Shown one piece after another: positions 47,748-60,968 of a DNA stretch of 64,000 nt. How positions within the stretch are numbered: the first letter of the stretch is position 1; every line of letters begins with the position of its first letter. The notes below the pieces were generated by a model. It had not been told where the DNA came from. It searched no databases and saw only the letters and a program-made list of their open reading frames with translations. The stretch is from Iphione sp. A-MEVVRFRX5 (lineage: Eukaryota): positions 35,836,001 through 35,900,000 of the forward strand of contig OZ320321.1 of the NCBI GenBank assembly GCA_976226885.1, read 5' to 3'. The translations under genes and the position numbers were made by a program.

Positions 47748-48607
47748 TGGTCCAGCTTGTGGTCGAGCTGCTTGTTGTTGTTATATAGGCAATAAGGGCA
47801 TACGTGTAAGAGAAACAAATCGTTAGCAAGGTGTGGTGAATGATCGGTGCATTTACCATAATTCCATTTCGGGCATGGCACAGAATTTTCTTTGGATAGG
47901 AATTGATGCTTAGCTTGACTGTCCCTGATATGTGAGTTGATGGCTCGTTGTTTCATTTTCTCAATGCGGTCAGTCTCTGACCATTGAAGCCTATCGTTAG
48001 TAGTGTGCCACCAGAGTTCGTACACCCATTCTTTAATGGCATCCCAACTGGACGAATGAACTTCCTCTGATACGTCCCTGACATGGTCTAGGATTATGTC
48101 ATAATCACACTGCTGTTGAACGGACTCATCTAATAGCATAGACATGACGGCTGCGGTGTACTGGGGATATGTGGCCTTCCTTAGATCTGGATTTGTTGTG
48201 TCTTTAATAACTATGTATTTCGCAGGGTGAGGTTTTGCAAGTCTCTTACCTACGGTTTCCAGCGCTTCTGGATACATCGTAGAGAAGATTTCTTTGATTT
48301 TTCCTGCTTCTTCTTCCTTCAGGTGAGTGGGCCCTGGTACGGACGGTTGTGCTCCACCTTGGTTGGTTTGATCGTGTGACGGTTGACCGTTGCTGGACTG
48401 GTTGTTGGCGGGATCGTTATGTAATGCTCTCGCCGCAGAGCGTGTAACAACGTTCGGTAGGCCTGTGTGTTGTTTTGGCCTAGCTCCACCGCTTCGAGAA
48501 ATACTGAGATTGTCGAGACAATCCTCAATTGACTGCATCTTGCTGAGTAGTTTACTCAGCACGTCAGCTTGGATCGGATTCTCTCCCGCGCCCTGGGTGT
48601 CCGGCAT
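47645..48607 (-). CDS. Gag-like ORF1 of the Ngaro element (320 aa)
   Basis: Open frame directly after repeat A1; C-terminal CPKWNYGKC...H...HVCPYC...H...C zinc-finger string; 3' end overlaps pol in another frame, as usual in DIRS-order elements. Confidence 0.85.
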   Translation of the reverse strand: MPDTQGAGENPIQADVLSKLLSKMQSIEDCLDNLSISRSGGARPKQHTGLPNVVTRSAARALHNDPANNQSSNGQPSHDQTNQGGAQPSVPGPTHLKEEEAGKIKEIFSTMYPEALETVGKRLAKPHPAKYIVIKDTTNPDLRKATYPQYTAAVMSMLLDESVQQQCDYDIILDHVRDVSEEVHSSSWDAIKEWVYELWWHTTNDRLQWSETDRIEKMKQRAINSHIRDSQAKHQFLSKENSVPCPKWNYGKCTDHSPHLANDLFLLHVCPYCLYNNNKQLDHKLDQCRSRRRQQMPGPSATKQSSNGQEFRRQRQDPEW

Positions 48608-48634
48608 TTCGGTTGGTCACGATCGAATATCTCC

Positions 48635-48769
48635 AACTGCACTTGACTGAAACCAACAGGCCACTGACGCTTCTCCCCTAACCACCAACATAGGTACAGA
48701 ACAACTCAGTAGGGGGCGACACCTCAACTTGCAATACCTAGCGACCGCCTTTGACGGTAGCTGTACTAT
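48635..48769 (-). repeat. Split direct repeat A1 (element 5' end)
   Basis: 135-bp copy of 39037-39171. Confidence 0.95.
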
Positions 48770-50361
48770 CATGAATAAGGGTGTGATGCCCTCTACATAT
48801 GTGAATTGTCAAATTACATTTAACTAATCACATTTCATAGCACTAAATATTATTTTTGATACACAGGTTGCTGATTTGATCTATTCAGGTAGTGTATTCC
48901 ACTTTAGCATACTTAAATACCAGAATGAGGATACTGCTATGTTTGTTGTTCGCCATTTCCACGCGATCATCCCTACTACATGTATACGTTACAAGGTGAT
49001 ACTGCAAAAACGCTTTGTGTGCACCTCATGTACGATGGTAACTCGGAATACATAGGAACAACCTTCTATTAAGGGCAACCTTCTCTCAAGGGTATAATAT
49101 TATTTTCGATGAGCTTTTGTTATTCTGTATAATATCTAAATAAAACTACCTATGTTTCCCCAAACATACACAATCCATTATCCTTCGTTCCGGTTGGCAA
49201 ATCCCTTAACGGTTGTTCCACCTTATTCTGAGGGCCTTAATATTGGCTGCTGAGCAATAATCTGTATGATTGTCTATCTACAGTGTACCTCTTGTTACTA
49301 TTTGGGATCCGGGTACTTCGTTTAGATAACGATGTAGATTACAACAACGTAACATTTGAGTGTTCAATTTATTGTTTTTGTTTTATTGTTATTAAGTAAC
49401 TCAGCACAACTCAGAACGTGAATGTCATGAAGGCCATTTGGATTCATGGACTGCATTTGTGTTACATTCGCACTGCATTTGTGTGGTTTTTACAATGAAC
49501 ACATGATAATCAGTCTGACGATTTCCAGATGTGCATTGTTTGGATGTGTTTCTGTGTCGGGGTGACAATGCATTTGTGCATTATTCACTTCAAGCAGTGA
49601 TTACTCAGTTCATGTTACAATATATTCATACATTCCAATGCAGCTGTACCATATGGAACATGGTAAAGCACAGACATTCATATCCATGTCGGTCTGTTTG
49701 TCATTCATTTCTATACATTTCCTGAAGCCTGCGAAAGATGTTTTTAATTAATGAAAATATGGAGATTCTTACTGGCGGTTATGCTCAAGATGTCTCTAAT
49801 CCATGAAAATACAGTGAATTTCCTTGGGTAGGCTAAAGATGCCTGTTATTTAAAAATATGGGGTATTTTACTGGAGGTAATGTTACAGATCAGACAAATG
49901 TGGCCTTTGTATAACTTGAGAAAGAATGATGTCCTCTCTTTACCTCTCAAGCATGCGCTCAAATCGACAGTCTCTCGCAAGTATGACCATCTCTCTGTGC
50001 CATTATGCGAGACAACTTCCCCAAAAAGCAAACACATAAGCAATGCTAAAATGTAATTTTGGAAAGCCACCCTAATGTAGGTGAATTGAGTCAAAGGTTG
50101 AGTCAAATTCAAAGGTTAAAGGTCTTTGCGCATTTTAGTTAATTATTTTAAAACTTTATTTCCACTGGAACATGAAGTACATAAAGTCATTTTTCAGTAA
50201 CAAATACGGTTATAGATTTAAAAAGCTTCAAGCTCAAAAACATCTTTTAATAAGAACAGGTTTTGGTAATGCCTTTCCGATGTCATTGCGTGCGATGAAA
50301 AATGAGTTAGTAACCAAAGCATGGAAGATAAAAACATAATCGCTGTGTATTATGAAGTAAC

Positions 50362-50367
50362 TTTATT
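50362..50367 (-). terminator. Probable polyadenylation signal of the protease gene
   Basis: AATAAA on the minus strand about 250 bp after the TGA at 50620. Confidence 0.5.
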
Positions 50368-50619
50368 GAATGTAATATTCACACAGAACGTAATCTATCA
50401 TGTGACGTGTATTTATATACGTGGTCCATGGTCGGGAGAATCGTCTTATAGAGGCTTTCTTTCCATGTATCTGGATTTTCTGTTCATTTTTCCTTGAAAC
50501 TATATTGAGGCCGTATCTCTGTGCTTGAAGCAGGACCCAATGACAGGAACACGGCCACCATGTTGTTTCTACGGACACGTGAATAGCGGACATAGAAAGG
50601 GCACATAGGAATGAGGGGC

Positions 50620-53600
50620 TCAGTTCGAGAGGATGGTACTGCGAATCCAGTCGTTGAAGTATTCAGTGCTGGCGAAGACAGTCGGCCTGGTGCCCAAATA
50701 AGAACCACAAGGCGATCCAAACGAAACGACGCCAACCAAGGTGTACCTGCCATTCTTTTCACAAATCAGCGGACCTCCAGAGTCTCCCTACAGTTCAAAA
50801 CAATTGGGTACACGCATGAAATGAATTCCAAATTTTAACCATATAACCGTGGAACAAATTTATAACCGTCAGAACACGTTAACTGGTTGTTGATCTGCAC
50901 CTCAGTTTTAATCCATATTGGTAGATGTATGTCATTTGGAAATCGAGTTGATTCGGAGTCTTATTTCCCTGTTTGCTACTAATCATTCGAAAATCTTATA
51001 TCTGCGAAGACTGAATGTTCTGAAGTGGGAGGCTTGACTGCACATAAGCCAGTTATTGGTTTTGTTCGAGTTGTTATAATGCAGCTAAGCAGATGTCTGG
51101 TCCTTTAGTCCCTACCTGGCATGCACTGCCCATTGTCCCACTGCGGTAAGCACACACAACGTCGTTCCCGACATGGACGCCGAAGTAACTCCGGCATGTA
51201 TTCTGGGAGATGAGGTTCACATCGACGTGGAATAGCTTGTCAGATGGTGCTGTGGTATGAAGGACAATAAAATCGTTTATCTCTACTTCATGTGTCCATC
51301 AATCAACAAAACGGCAGATGTAAAATACAAAGTACACAGTCACACATAATCTGTAGGTGCAACAGCAAGTGGTGCACCCCAAGTGTAGCTCTCTCCCGTG
51401 GTGGCAGTACGGGATAGGCGAATAGATCCAGTGACAGCTTCATGCCTATCATTTTTAACATCATCCAAATACATGTACACGTATTTCATTTTCAGTCCTT
51501 GGCGATAACATCTACATGTGGAGACAACTGTGTACTTAGTAGATGTGCAGTCTACCCGCGTTACCAGGCACCGAATGGTGGCATTTCTTTTAGTCGGTTA
51601 TATGGATACTGCTGGTCAGGCCCCCCCAAAAAATAGGTGTGTTTCTGGTAACCCCCCCCCCTACTAAGTAAAACCTTACCCTACCTAAAAATCTTTTGGC
51701 CCCCAAGAGTTTCCAAGGCTGAATTTCCTTAGATACGTGTTTTCAAAGCACATGTTTTAGTAAAGTCAGTAAAAAACAACAAAATCCATGGAAATTCAGC
51801 AAAGAACTATAAAACTCTTCATATTGGTCAAAATTCTTGAAATTGTCTTTATTATTATTGAAAACCACAGGAAGAAAGTTGAAAAAAAATAATAAAAAAA
51901 AAGATACCCCCCTCCCTACCTAGGTTTTTGGCTGCTGTTACCAGAAACACACCTATTTTGGGGGGGACCTTAGTGAAATATGATACCAAAAGTAAATGGC
52001 CTACTGTCAATAAAGTAGAAAACACTAATGGAGCTGTCGTTAAGTGAGGTTAGACTGTACAGTGTACCACCGCTTGTAATGCATGTACATATATTCACTC
52101 TTGTGAGAGGAAAGCTATTCATTTTAACGTACCACCATTTAGCGTAGTTCTTCCCCAGCCAGTGACGTAGCAAGGGGTTCCAACAGGGAACTCCCCAGCA
52201 TAAGTGGGGGTACACACCGTGTTGACGTAGTCGTTCAGGGTGACTGCGCCGGCTACCTTTACCAAAGCAATATCATTGGGACTGACACCCGCGCCTGTAT
52301 GTGACAAAAAAAAACAGAGATAGTATCTGTAGTGTACCTGTTGTTGGAGTACGAACACGTGGAGAAAATAAGCTCATTTGAAAATTGGGGCTTCACCCAG
52401 TGGGTAGATATACAAATTACATAGGATGTTGTATACTCACTGGTTCAATAGCAAAAAAAGTAAGAATAGCATTGAGCTGGTGGATTGGTGGTCTGTCACA
52501 GCCCTTGTGACATTTTGCTTATAAAAAACAATAACATCAAAGGAGGTCATTTAACCATTTAAGCCCCGGAAAGAAATATGTTCGCCTGGAAATAAACACT
52601 AAAAGGCAGAATAGCACATGACCAATCAAGGGTGGGATCCAAGGTAAAATTGTTGAGTATGTATAAACATCCAATTATACTAATCCCCGTCATGATTACA
52701 CGACATAATTATAAATGCATAAAACATTGTCCAAAAGTAGTTCTGATCTAGATCTCATGTGTAGGTGTTAAGTTAATGAGGCCATAAGGACAACCTCTAG
52801 CCCTTGGCTAGGGGGGATGGTTAAGTGTTTGCCTGTCATGACAAAGGTTTGGGGTTCAATTCCCGGCGGCTGCTAGATCCCCAAGACCGGAAAAGTCTTC
52901 ATAAACTAAAATAGGCTCTTTCTAAAGCTCATGATCTTTCTCTGTTATGTGAACCTCTTTCTGGAATAATGGACACTTTCATATCTTTCTTTCTTTCAAT
53001 ATTTTCTTCAGGCCCAGGCTTAGGGCCCAGACAATGAAAACAAGTAAAAATCGACAAAATTCATATATATTTTTATAAAACCACACAAATTCCACAAATA
53101 TGCTTCAACTTCTGCAAAAAACCTCACAATTTCCACTGATGTGCTTCAATTTCAACTAAATCAGCACAAAAGGCATACAACTGACAGAGAGAAAGACAAC
53201 GGGTAAGAAAGAGGAGAAAACAGAGAAGAACACCCCTCTCTATGCAAGTTTGGAACTGTCCAAGAAATTGACCCAATTCCCCTACAGGTCCTGTATATGG
53301 GAAAAATCAGACATACGGAAACCCGGCTTAATAGGCATACATACTTCCACTGCCAACGTAAAACTATACAATGATAGCTACCCCATTGCTTCTGTGATAT
53401 TTATGTACACCTTCAACGAAAAGGGGAGGAGTTGGAAGTTAAGCCGAATATACATGTGTATGAAGTTTGCATTTTAAATAATTTATCTGGGTTGCCATTG
53501 GTCGACCATTTCCATCCAGGTTCGAAAATATTCACATTTTGGACACCTCGTGAAAACACATGCACTTCGTACGCATTTGCTGTTGGCATTTGATACATGC

Positions 53601-56600
53601 CGTCTTTGTAAGAGTAGCTCCATTGTACTTACCTGAGCGTCCAGGATGAATAATGACTTTTGAGGCTGACAGTGTGTATTGAGAGTGGTCCCAGTCGTCT
53701 GTGTCATGCTCTCCAAAGTGTAACCTAACACGTGTTGGGTCCGTTATCGAGATATCAGTGTTGCTGAAATTGAGAGGGAGAAAGAGAAATATATTCCACA
53801 AAGCAAATATCATTTTTTTCTTTGAGCTTGTGAACTATTTCGTTCAGCTGTTACAATGTTTTGGTTCTTCCACCATTCGAAATACATCATATGCATGTAG
53901 TAGAACCCCTCTAATACGACTGCCTGAGGGACTAGCTTATTCTGTAGAGTTTTCTTATGTATTACATTGTATTGAGACTGACCAACTTCCCTAATTATTA
54001 GGAGTTGCCTTACTATATGAGTTGCCCGTTAGGAGATTTGCTACAGGACTTGCATGCAGAGATTAATTCAGTCCAAGGACACATGGAGAGTATAAAAAAA
54101 CCCTCGCTAATACACAAGTGCTTGGTTCGTACTAATTGTGCCTGCAATGGTGAGTTGATGGAATACTGTAGGTTTTGTATTTTAGTCCCCCCGATTTTAG
54201 TACCTATTCTATACATATTATATCCCTTAGTAGCATCCGATGGATATTAAACACATCTGCAGCGTCTAAGGTAGAATTAAAGAGAACTATGAAGCTTTTA
54301 TAGGGAACAGGTAAAAGTATTGCGAGGTGAGGGTCTGCACCCTCTCGTTGACTTCTTGCCTTGAATAGTTAGGGTTTTTCACATATTGGAGTACTGAGAA
54401 TTTAACTCTTTTCCAGGATGCTATATCTGGAATAGCGAGGAGAGAGGGAAAGTGAGGGATTACTGAGCCAGTGGAGATAAAGATGTAGGTGCTTGGACTT
54501 CATCGCAGGAAGAACTTATATAGGACAAGATGTTCATGTTGTCTGTTATCCATTCATCCGTCAAAGAAGTGCATTTTATTCATCAGAAAATGGTTATCAT
54601 AACTTTCGTCAGGAGATGGTAATCTCCATTGCTAGAGCAGATAATGTTGTCCGCCAAACTGAAAGAAAACGGACAAGGACAAGTAGGCACATTGTATATT
54701 TTATGTTGGCCGTGTCTTCTTAACATGCCTATGTCAAGGGCGTGGTGAAAAAAGCCCCAAACACTCAAGCAGGATTTTCATCCTTTTGACACCATTTACT
54801 ACATATGCGTATAAAAACTCCAGACTCACCTGTTTTCCACACAATGAGCGGCAGTGAGAACCCACTCATTGTTGATGAGGCTACCACCACACTGTGAATA
54901 CCTCGTCTGGGAAGTGTAATTACGAAGATGCACGATCCAAGGCCACTCGCCGTGCCTCGACAAATCTCCCTGGAATATCCGTTTGTCGAATCGGTTCGTT
55001 CCACAATTAGGAGCATTCAGTCCTGTTAAGTGTAAGCAGTGACAGAGAGAAAAGAATCATTAGAGAGAGACAGACAGACAGACTGGGATATATAATGTCA
55101 TACAGCACGGCTATTGATGAGTGAACTGGCCAATTAAGATTGGAGAAGAGATCGCCTGCCGACGAAATCAATGTATTGGGCTTTGCAGGGTTCGAACCTA
55201 GATTTTCAGGTGGCAGTGGACTGACCAGCGCTCCTATCCATTGCGCCACAGAGGCTGCACTTAAATTTCACTCACCAGTAAGATCCACGCCGGTGGCCGG
55301 TGTGGGGGCCGGTGTGGGGGGCGGTGTAGGGGCCGGTGTAGGTGCCGGTGTAGGGGCAGGTGTAGGGGCCGGTGTCACGGGTGATTGACCAGGAGAAACA
55401 GCCAGGAACTGTGCCTTGAAGCCGCCGCGGGATCCGCTACTGTCCGCCTTGAAGAGGACCGTCAGATAGTGGCTCGACGACGTCGTCACCGTGGGTGCGA
55501 TGTTACCACAGTAGGTGCCCAGTACTGGAGCACTGGAGGAGGAACCGTCGTGCAGCACCAGTGTGTCGAAGTCGCAGGCGCCATTGTTATCCTCGATTTT
55601 GAAGTTCTCCTCGAACGTAAGCTGCACTACCTGGTAGTACGGTATATGAATGGAAGTACAGTCAGTCCTGATTATCATGATTCTCTTCTTACAGATTTTA
55701 CCTGGATAAGACCTGGTTTAAAATGTGTCCAGGTTTTTCCCATATATGGGAGAGACTGGAGATTTTGATTGATTTTATGGATGCCTACAGATGCCGATGG
55801 AGGGGTAATTTCCATGTGTATGGAAATTTGTTAAAAATGTGTGTTTTTTGAGCTGATTCTGCCCAAATCTGTTTAAACTGCTTTTATGCCAATTGCAAGG
55901 AATTCCAACCAAATGAATTTTTTATGCAAATTAGATAAAACGAACTAACACGTGTAGAAATGAAACTCCTATTTCTCTAGTCTACTGGTCCGTATGGGTA
56001 TGCCAGAATCAAAGAAACATGGGCACTTATGGATATTGCCCATTTTCCATTCACAGACGCCTCTGGACCCTGGACTCTGGACACTGGACTTCAGCTCTGT
56101 ATTCATGGAATACCCTCAGTTGTCCTACATAGAATTGTTTCTTTTCTATACTATGGAGTCCAGAATCTGGAAGCAAAACCTAGACACATAGAAAACAGGC
56201 CTAATGTCCTGTTTCCAGGAATGTGACAGTGTGGAGTGCATATGCACTGTGTACATGTAGTGATTTCCCTACATAATGACTGTTGTAGAGAAGAGCTAGG
56301 TCATTGGGTGCAATCAAGGGGCACTGGGTAAAAGATGAGCTGTAGCAGAGTGTCACATAGCCCCAAATGACCTTATATCCATAAGACACAGCACTCCTGA
56401 CATCATGGACATTTCCATTACCTAACTGCTGTACAACAATTGGTTGTTTTTAGACAACCAGCCATATTGCGCCCCTTATTACTTATCTGACACCTCATTG
56501 GCTGCATGCTGATCATCCCATACTACCATGTAAGCAGGACCACCCATGATTGGCTAGTCTTTATTCTAAACTTATGTTACATTGTATTACTTTAAGGAGG

Positions 56601-59600
56601 AAATGCAAGGAAATGGCAGGAAACATTTAGAAAGTTTGGGAAATGATTAAAATGTACTCTGCAGTCCCCTGTGCATTCATTCCTAATGTTGCAGAAACAC
56701 CTATTCAACAAGCAGTCATTTCCCCATATAATATGCATGCATGCAGCAAAAAATGAACTAATGGAAATGCAGGCCCAAGTAATATACAGATAAGAAAAAT
56801 ATAAGACCAATAAGGTCAGTTTCCTTATACATGTATGTGTTGAAGTGCATTGGGGCGGTTGCCTTCTGTGTGCATTTACATGTGTTTTACATGCGTTTTG
56901 CAGACCCGAACAGGCCCAAAACGGACCCCAAATACATAGACCTCAATGCAGGTATGGGGTCACCCAAAGGGACCGTCTCGTAGCCTTTCGTATAATGACC
57001 CAATGACTGCGAGTCGCCCTCTGACCTCGATAAATCAGTCGGCTCCCTCAATACTCAAGCTGTGTGGCCTTCATAATTCATTGATCCCTCAGTCTCACTT
57101 CATATCATTTGTATGCCCGTGACGATTTACCTTTCCATAGGGCACGATGATGCGCCACTCACACACGGAGTGGTTATAGTAGTGCGCCCACCCGTACCGC
57201 TGTGTTTGGAGGATGCCGGCCGTGAACCCGTTCAGTATGCGACGACTCCACTGCCTGGACCTTGCCAGGCACTCGAAGACCCTCACCCTCGCTCGCTTGG
57301 TCACAGGCAAGAGACTTCGCAACGCAGGTGGTAATGCTAAAAATGTAAGTAAGAGGGGTATGGTAATTAAATCGTACATGCATATGAAAAGGTTTACCTG
57401 GTGTAAGTTGACCAGCAAGAATCCCACACAAGCTTGTAGATCAATACTCTTATTTTCTACTTGCACGGGATGCAGTAAAATGTCACAACTGGGGACACCC
57501 TGGTTCCCAGTGAAAGTGTTCCCAATCAAGAGGCGTTCTTAATTATGAATGGTGCTATGCATGGCCAAAATATGATGCTGTTTCAGTCAAAATTGTCTCC
57601 AGGCTTATAGCGCACCTAGTCTTTTATGTCTGCAGTTGCCAAGTTTTATTTTACTTGTACCTCTAATATAGATAGTTTTTATCATTTTCTATATGTGAAT
57701 ACTGCTGAACGTTGTAGTGGGGGAGATGGGATGAAGGTAGATGAGTGGAAAGTTTGTTGTTTCTGGCAATCTGATGCTTTGTCAGCGCAAACAAATTTGG
57801 CCTTAACCACAGAGATGACTGTTGCAGTCATCTTGATCGTCGGTTCACTGAAAATAAATGACACATAGAATATATAAATAGTCAACTATGATTTAATTGA
57901 CCGACAGTGGGACTGCAGAAATTTGGTCTCTGTTACGGCCTGGTCTCCACTGTGGTCTGCATCTACATTGAAATATGCAGTAGGACCTGATGACTAGGGA
58001 CATCCAAGACATGCAACACCCTTAGAACACGTACCAGTAGAAGCCCATGATTGGGGATACCCGATACAGGGGACAACATTACACCTTTTGACTGGAACGG
58101 CATCATATTTTTGTTGTACAGGCGGCTGGGACTTGCTGCACACTGAACATGGATTCACCTCAAATCCAATTGCATTATCTAGGAACAGTTTGGCTTTAAA
58201 TCAGGCAGTAAGAGATCTCCTATCTCAGAAGGATCCTGTTGACCGCTGACCCCCAGCCATGTCTCTTCCCACGGGACCCTTCCTGCTTTTGTAAAACTTT
58301 TTTGTTACAAATGTTACCCTCTCAGTGTTTGGTCTGTGGCCTCCCAAGGTAACAACCCTCAACGAGAACCTTGTTAGAGGTTCTGTCAGAACTGTTTGGG
58401 CTATTTTATACCCTTTGTTGCGTCAAAGAATCAGACTCCTCAGAAAATTGCAGGTGCTTAAGACTTAAACGGACGCAAATCGCATTAGATGTGTACATTG
58501 TCGGTTGAACTGCCACGTACAATCTGCTCTTAAGAAACGCTTGCCAGTGCCTCGCATTGGTCAAGACTTATGTAATTTACAGCCAGCGGTTCTGTGTCTG
58601 TTCACTTGTTCAGTCTACGCCGCTGTTTTCCTCAGATTGTTTTAATCCCGTTAGAACACTCGTTGGGAGAAGGCCGTACATGTCTGTGTGAGTTTCTTGC
58701 CATACACAAAAATACCTAACAGCTTTCGTTAAACGATCTATTTGCTCGGACATATTCTTAAATCGTCGTCTTCAAAGTTTCTCCTCTATTACGAAAGGAG
58801 ACTTCCCAGAAGCCATTAGCACTGTTTTGAGCGGCTTAAGAGATACATGTACATGCATGTAATCATTGAAAAATAAAATGAATAGAAGGGGCGTGGGAAG
58901 GCTGCTTTGTGGGAAACAAGATCTAATAATAAGTTATACATGTATTTGAAACGTCATTTAAGTTTGACCTCTGGGTCTTTTGACGCTGTGTATTTTTGTT
59001 CAAACTAGCTTGTCAGGTTAAACAGGTGCCCTTTGCAGTAAAATAAATAGTGGTCATCAAAGTATTGAGGGCCTAAATAGTCGACTCGCACTTCAAACTC
59101 TGGCAGATGGAGTTATCAATTTCTTGTTCGTAGACGCAAGCCCGGCATATATACATGTAATTTAATGGCAGTTGAAATCAAGAGCAGTTTCAAAGATTGC
59201 CAGTTGTTTCGTTTCTAGACAATGTTAAACGTATGCTTTTGCACCTAACAGTGATATCAAAATGCCTTTGATGTTACTGTAGCTAGTCAACATACCAGTG
59301 CCATCAATTCAGAATCATGGACCACCTCTGGATCGGTTATATAGAGAGATCAGGTACTTTGTGGACTGATGATAGTCTACGTTCAGTGTAACGTGCTTTT
59401 CATTACGTATCGAGGGCACAGATACTTCAGAAAATCTCACATCATCTTGGTGACATTATTTAAGTGCAATGGGGAATATTTACACACTGAATGACTAATT
59501 AGTCTTAGTCTAATTAGACTAGTCTAATCTAAGCGCAAAATCAAACTAGAAGATTTATCAACACGATATAGAATAATATGTACGTGTCACACTTGTCCCC

Positions 59601-60398
59601 CGAAAAGGAAAACGTTTTTCAATGATACCTGCACTTCTGACCTCCTCCACCTTCAGAGCCGAGAAATTTTCCTCCCTTTGGAGTAAGTCACGGAGAAGGT
59701 TGCGGGTTGCTTGGCTGAGTGGTTTATCAGCTGCAAAATATGATGAGAAAGGGAAGGTTAAGCGGATTGTCTGCGTGTTTGTGTGTTTGTCCATGTATAT
59801 GTGTACGTTGCAATGGTCAACCCTGTACATTTTATAGAAACATTCGGTGAGAATATGGTATTATAGGAAGGCACAGCACAGAAACGGGATCTAATTTTCT
59901 CACATACAAACATAGCTATATAAATAAATGTTTACCCGTTATACCAACGAACCACGCATACATGGATGGATTGAGTATTAGCTATATATATATGGTATAT
60001 GGACACTAAACACGTCCTCTTTTTCCTACAAAGGTTGAAAAAATTACATTTTCTTCACGAGAAACAACAGCGATTTAGGTCCACAGTATTCAAATCATGA
60101 AGGTTGTATCTATTCTCAATCAAGGGTCTCGAGGTGTTTGCTACTCTCTATCTAAGAATTTTCCAGCCAGTCGAACTACTTATGTTAATACATTTGATCC
60201 CGAACAACATGAAAGAAACATCTGGGTATCTTAGTGGTTGTTTTATTTGTTAAAATAGTGTCGGAATTTCGCTTCATGCTTTTATTCCAGCAAGGGATCA
60301 TTCAAATCTATGCCAATTATGTGTTGTCAAAAGCATAGCGGTAACTCACCTGCACAGCAAACAGCCAGGAAACAGCAAAGAGCCAAAACGACCCTCAT
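50620..60398 (-). CDS. Secreted CUB-domain S1-family serine protease (499 aa; signal peptide, propeptide, CUB, PAPT linker, protease)
   Basis: Coding exons 60398-60350, 59730-59629, 57336-57131, 55630-55276, 55022-54830, 53763-53633, 52294-52133, 51249-51116, 50787-50620; all GT-AG and in phase, 1500 nt in total; [16 protein letters not shown] signal; catalytic TAAHC, NDIAL, GDSGGP; activation site DKR|IFQG. Confidence 0.9.
51619..51969. mobile_element. PIF/Harbinger (Tourist-like) MITE in a protease intron
   Basis: Same TIR core (AATAGGTGTGTTTCTGGTAAC) and internal sequence as 23517-23785. Confidence 0.85.
52795..52900 (+). mobile_element. Degenerate tRNA-like SINE head
   Basis: A-box-like GGATGGTTAAG and B-box-like GGTTCAATTCCC. 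Confidence 0.4.
55062..55258 (-). mobile_element. tRNA-derived SINE in a protease intron
   Basis: GCAGCCTCTGTGGCGCAATGGATAGGAGCGCTGG...GGTTCGAACC; simple-repeat tail; homologous to 29456-29556. Confidence 0.7.
55285..55380 (-). repeat. 12-bp coding tandem repeat (PAPT)n linker
   Basis: GGCCGGTGT(G/A)GG units encode [27 protein letters not shown] between the CUB and protease domains. Confidence 0.9.
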
Positions 60399-60863
60399 CG
60401 TTCAGTCTGCAAAACAAGAACTCCTAATATTGAATCCGTATTGCTACACTAGACCGCCCCCCGCCCCCACCCACCCATGATTGCAACACTGTTTTTTACC
60501 AAGTGCTTATGCCGGTAATGATGAGGTGTTTGAATTGTGAAGGGTTTCTTTACATTAAATGATATCGTCGGTATCAATGAAATGTCCCTGGAATAGTGAT
60601 CTGTTTTCAACTGGGTAAGAGTTTAAGAGGTCGGAGAATCGTACCAGAGCTCATCCCGCACGGACTTTCGAGTGGTTTCATAGCACTTCCCTAGAATCAC
60701 AGAGCATTATTTAACCCTAACGTACAAGATGGTCAGTCGATATTACTTCCCTAAACTTGCTAAGATTCGAATCGATAAATGCATACAACTTTTTTCTAGT
60801 ACACTCAGAAAGCCGCATATAGACATTACAAGCACAAACACACCAGAAAAAAGTACTGCTTAC

Positions 60864-60968
60864 CTATGCGATTGCCTCGAATTACACACAGTCAAGAGAG
60901 GGAAGGCTGAGCATGTAGACCGACACGAACCCAGTGTGTACCAAGGGGTATAGCTTTTGACCTTTATA
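60864..60968 (-). promoter_or_regulatory. Probable TATA promoter and non-coding exon 1 of the protease gene
   Basis: TATAAA at 60968-60963, donor G|GTAAG after 60864, acceptor TTTTGCAG before 60406 just upstream of the ATG. Confidence 0.6.

Larger units (their letters stand above)
38724..48769 (-). mobile_element. Full-length Ngaro-type tyrosine-recombinase (DIRS-order) retrotransposon
   Basis: Split direct repeats A1 48635-48769, B1 39169-39373, A2 39037-39171, B2 38724-38928; gag-like, RT/RNase H and YR ORFs in order; no methyltransferase domain between RNase H and YR. Confidence 0.93.

Noticed and set aside
51970-52080. Candidate protease exon [12 protein letters not shown]...
   Set aside because: No S1 homology; the exon at 51249-51116 joins in phase and supplies the expected sequence
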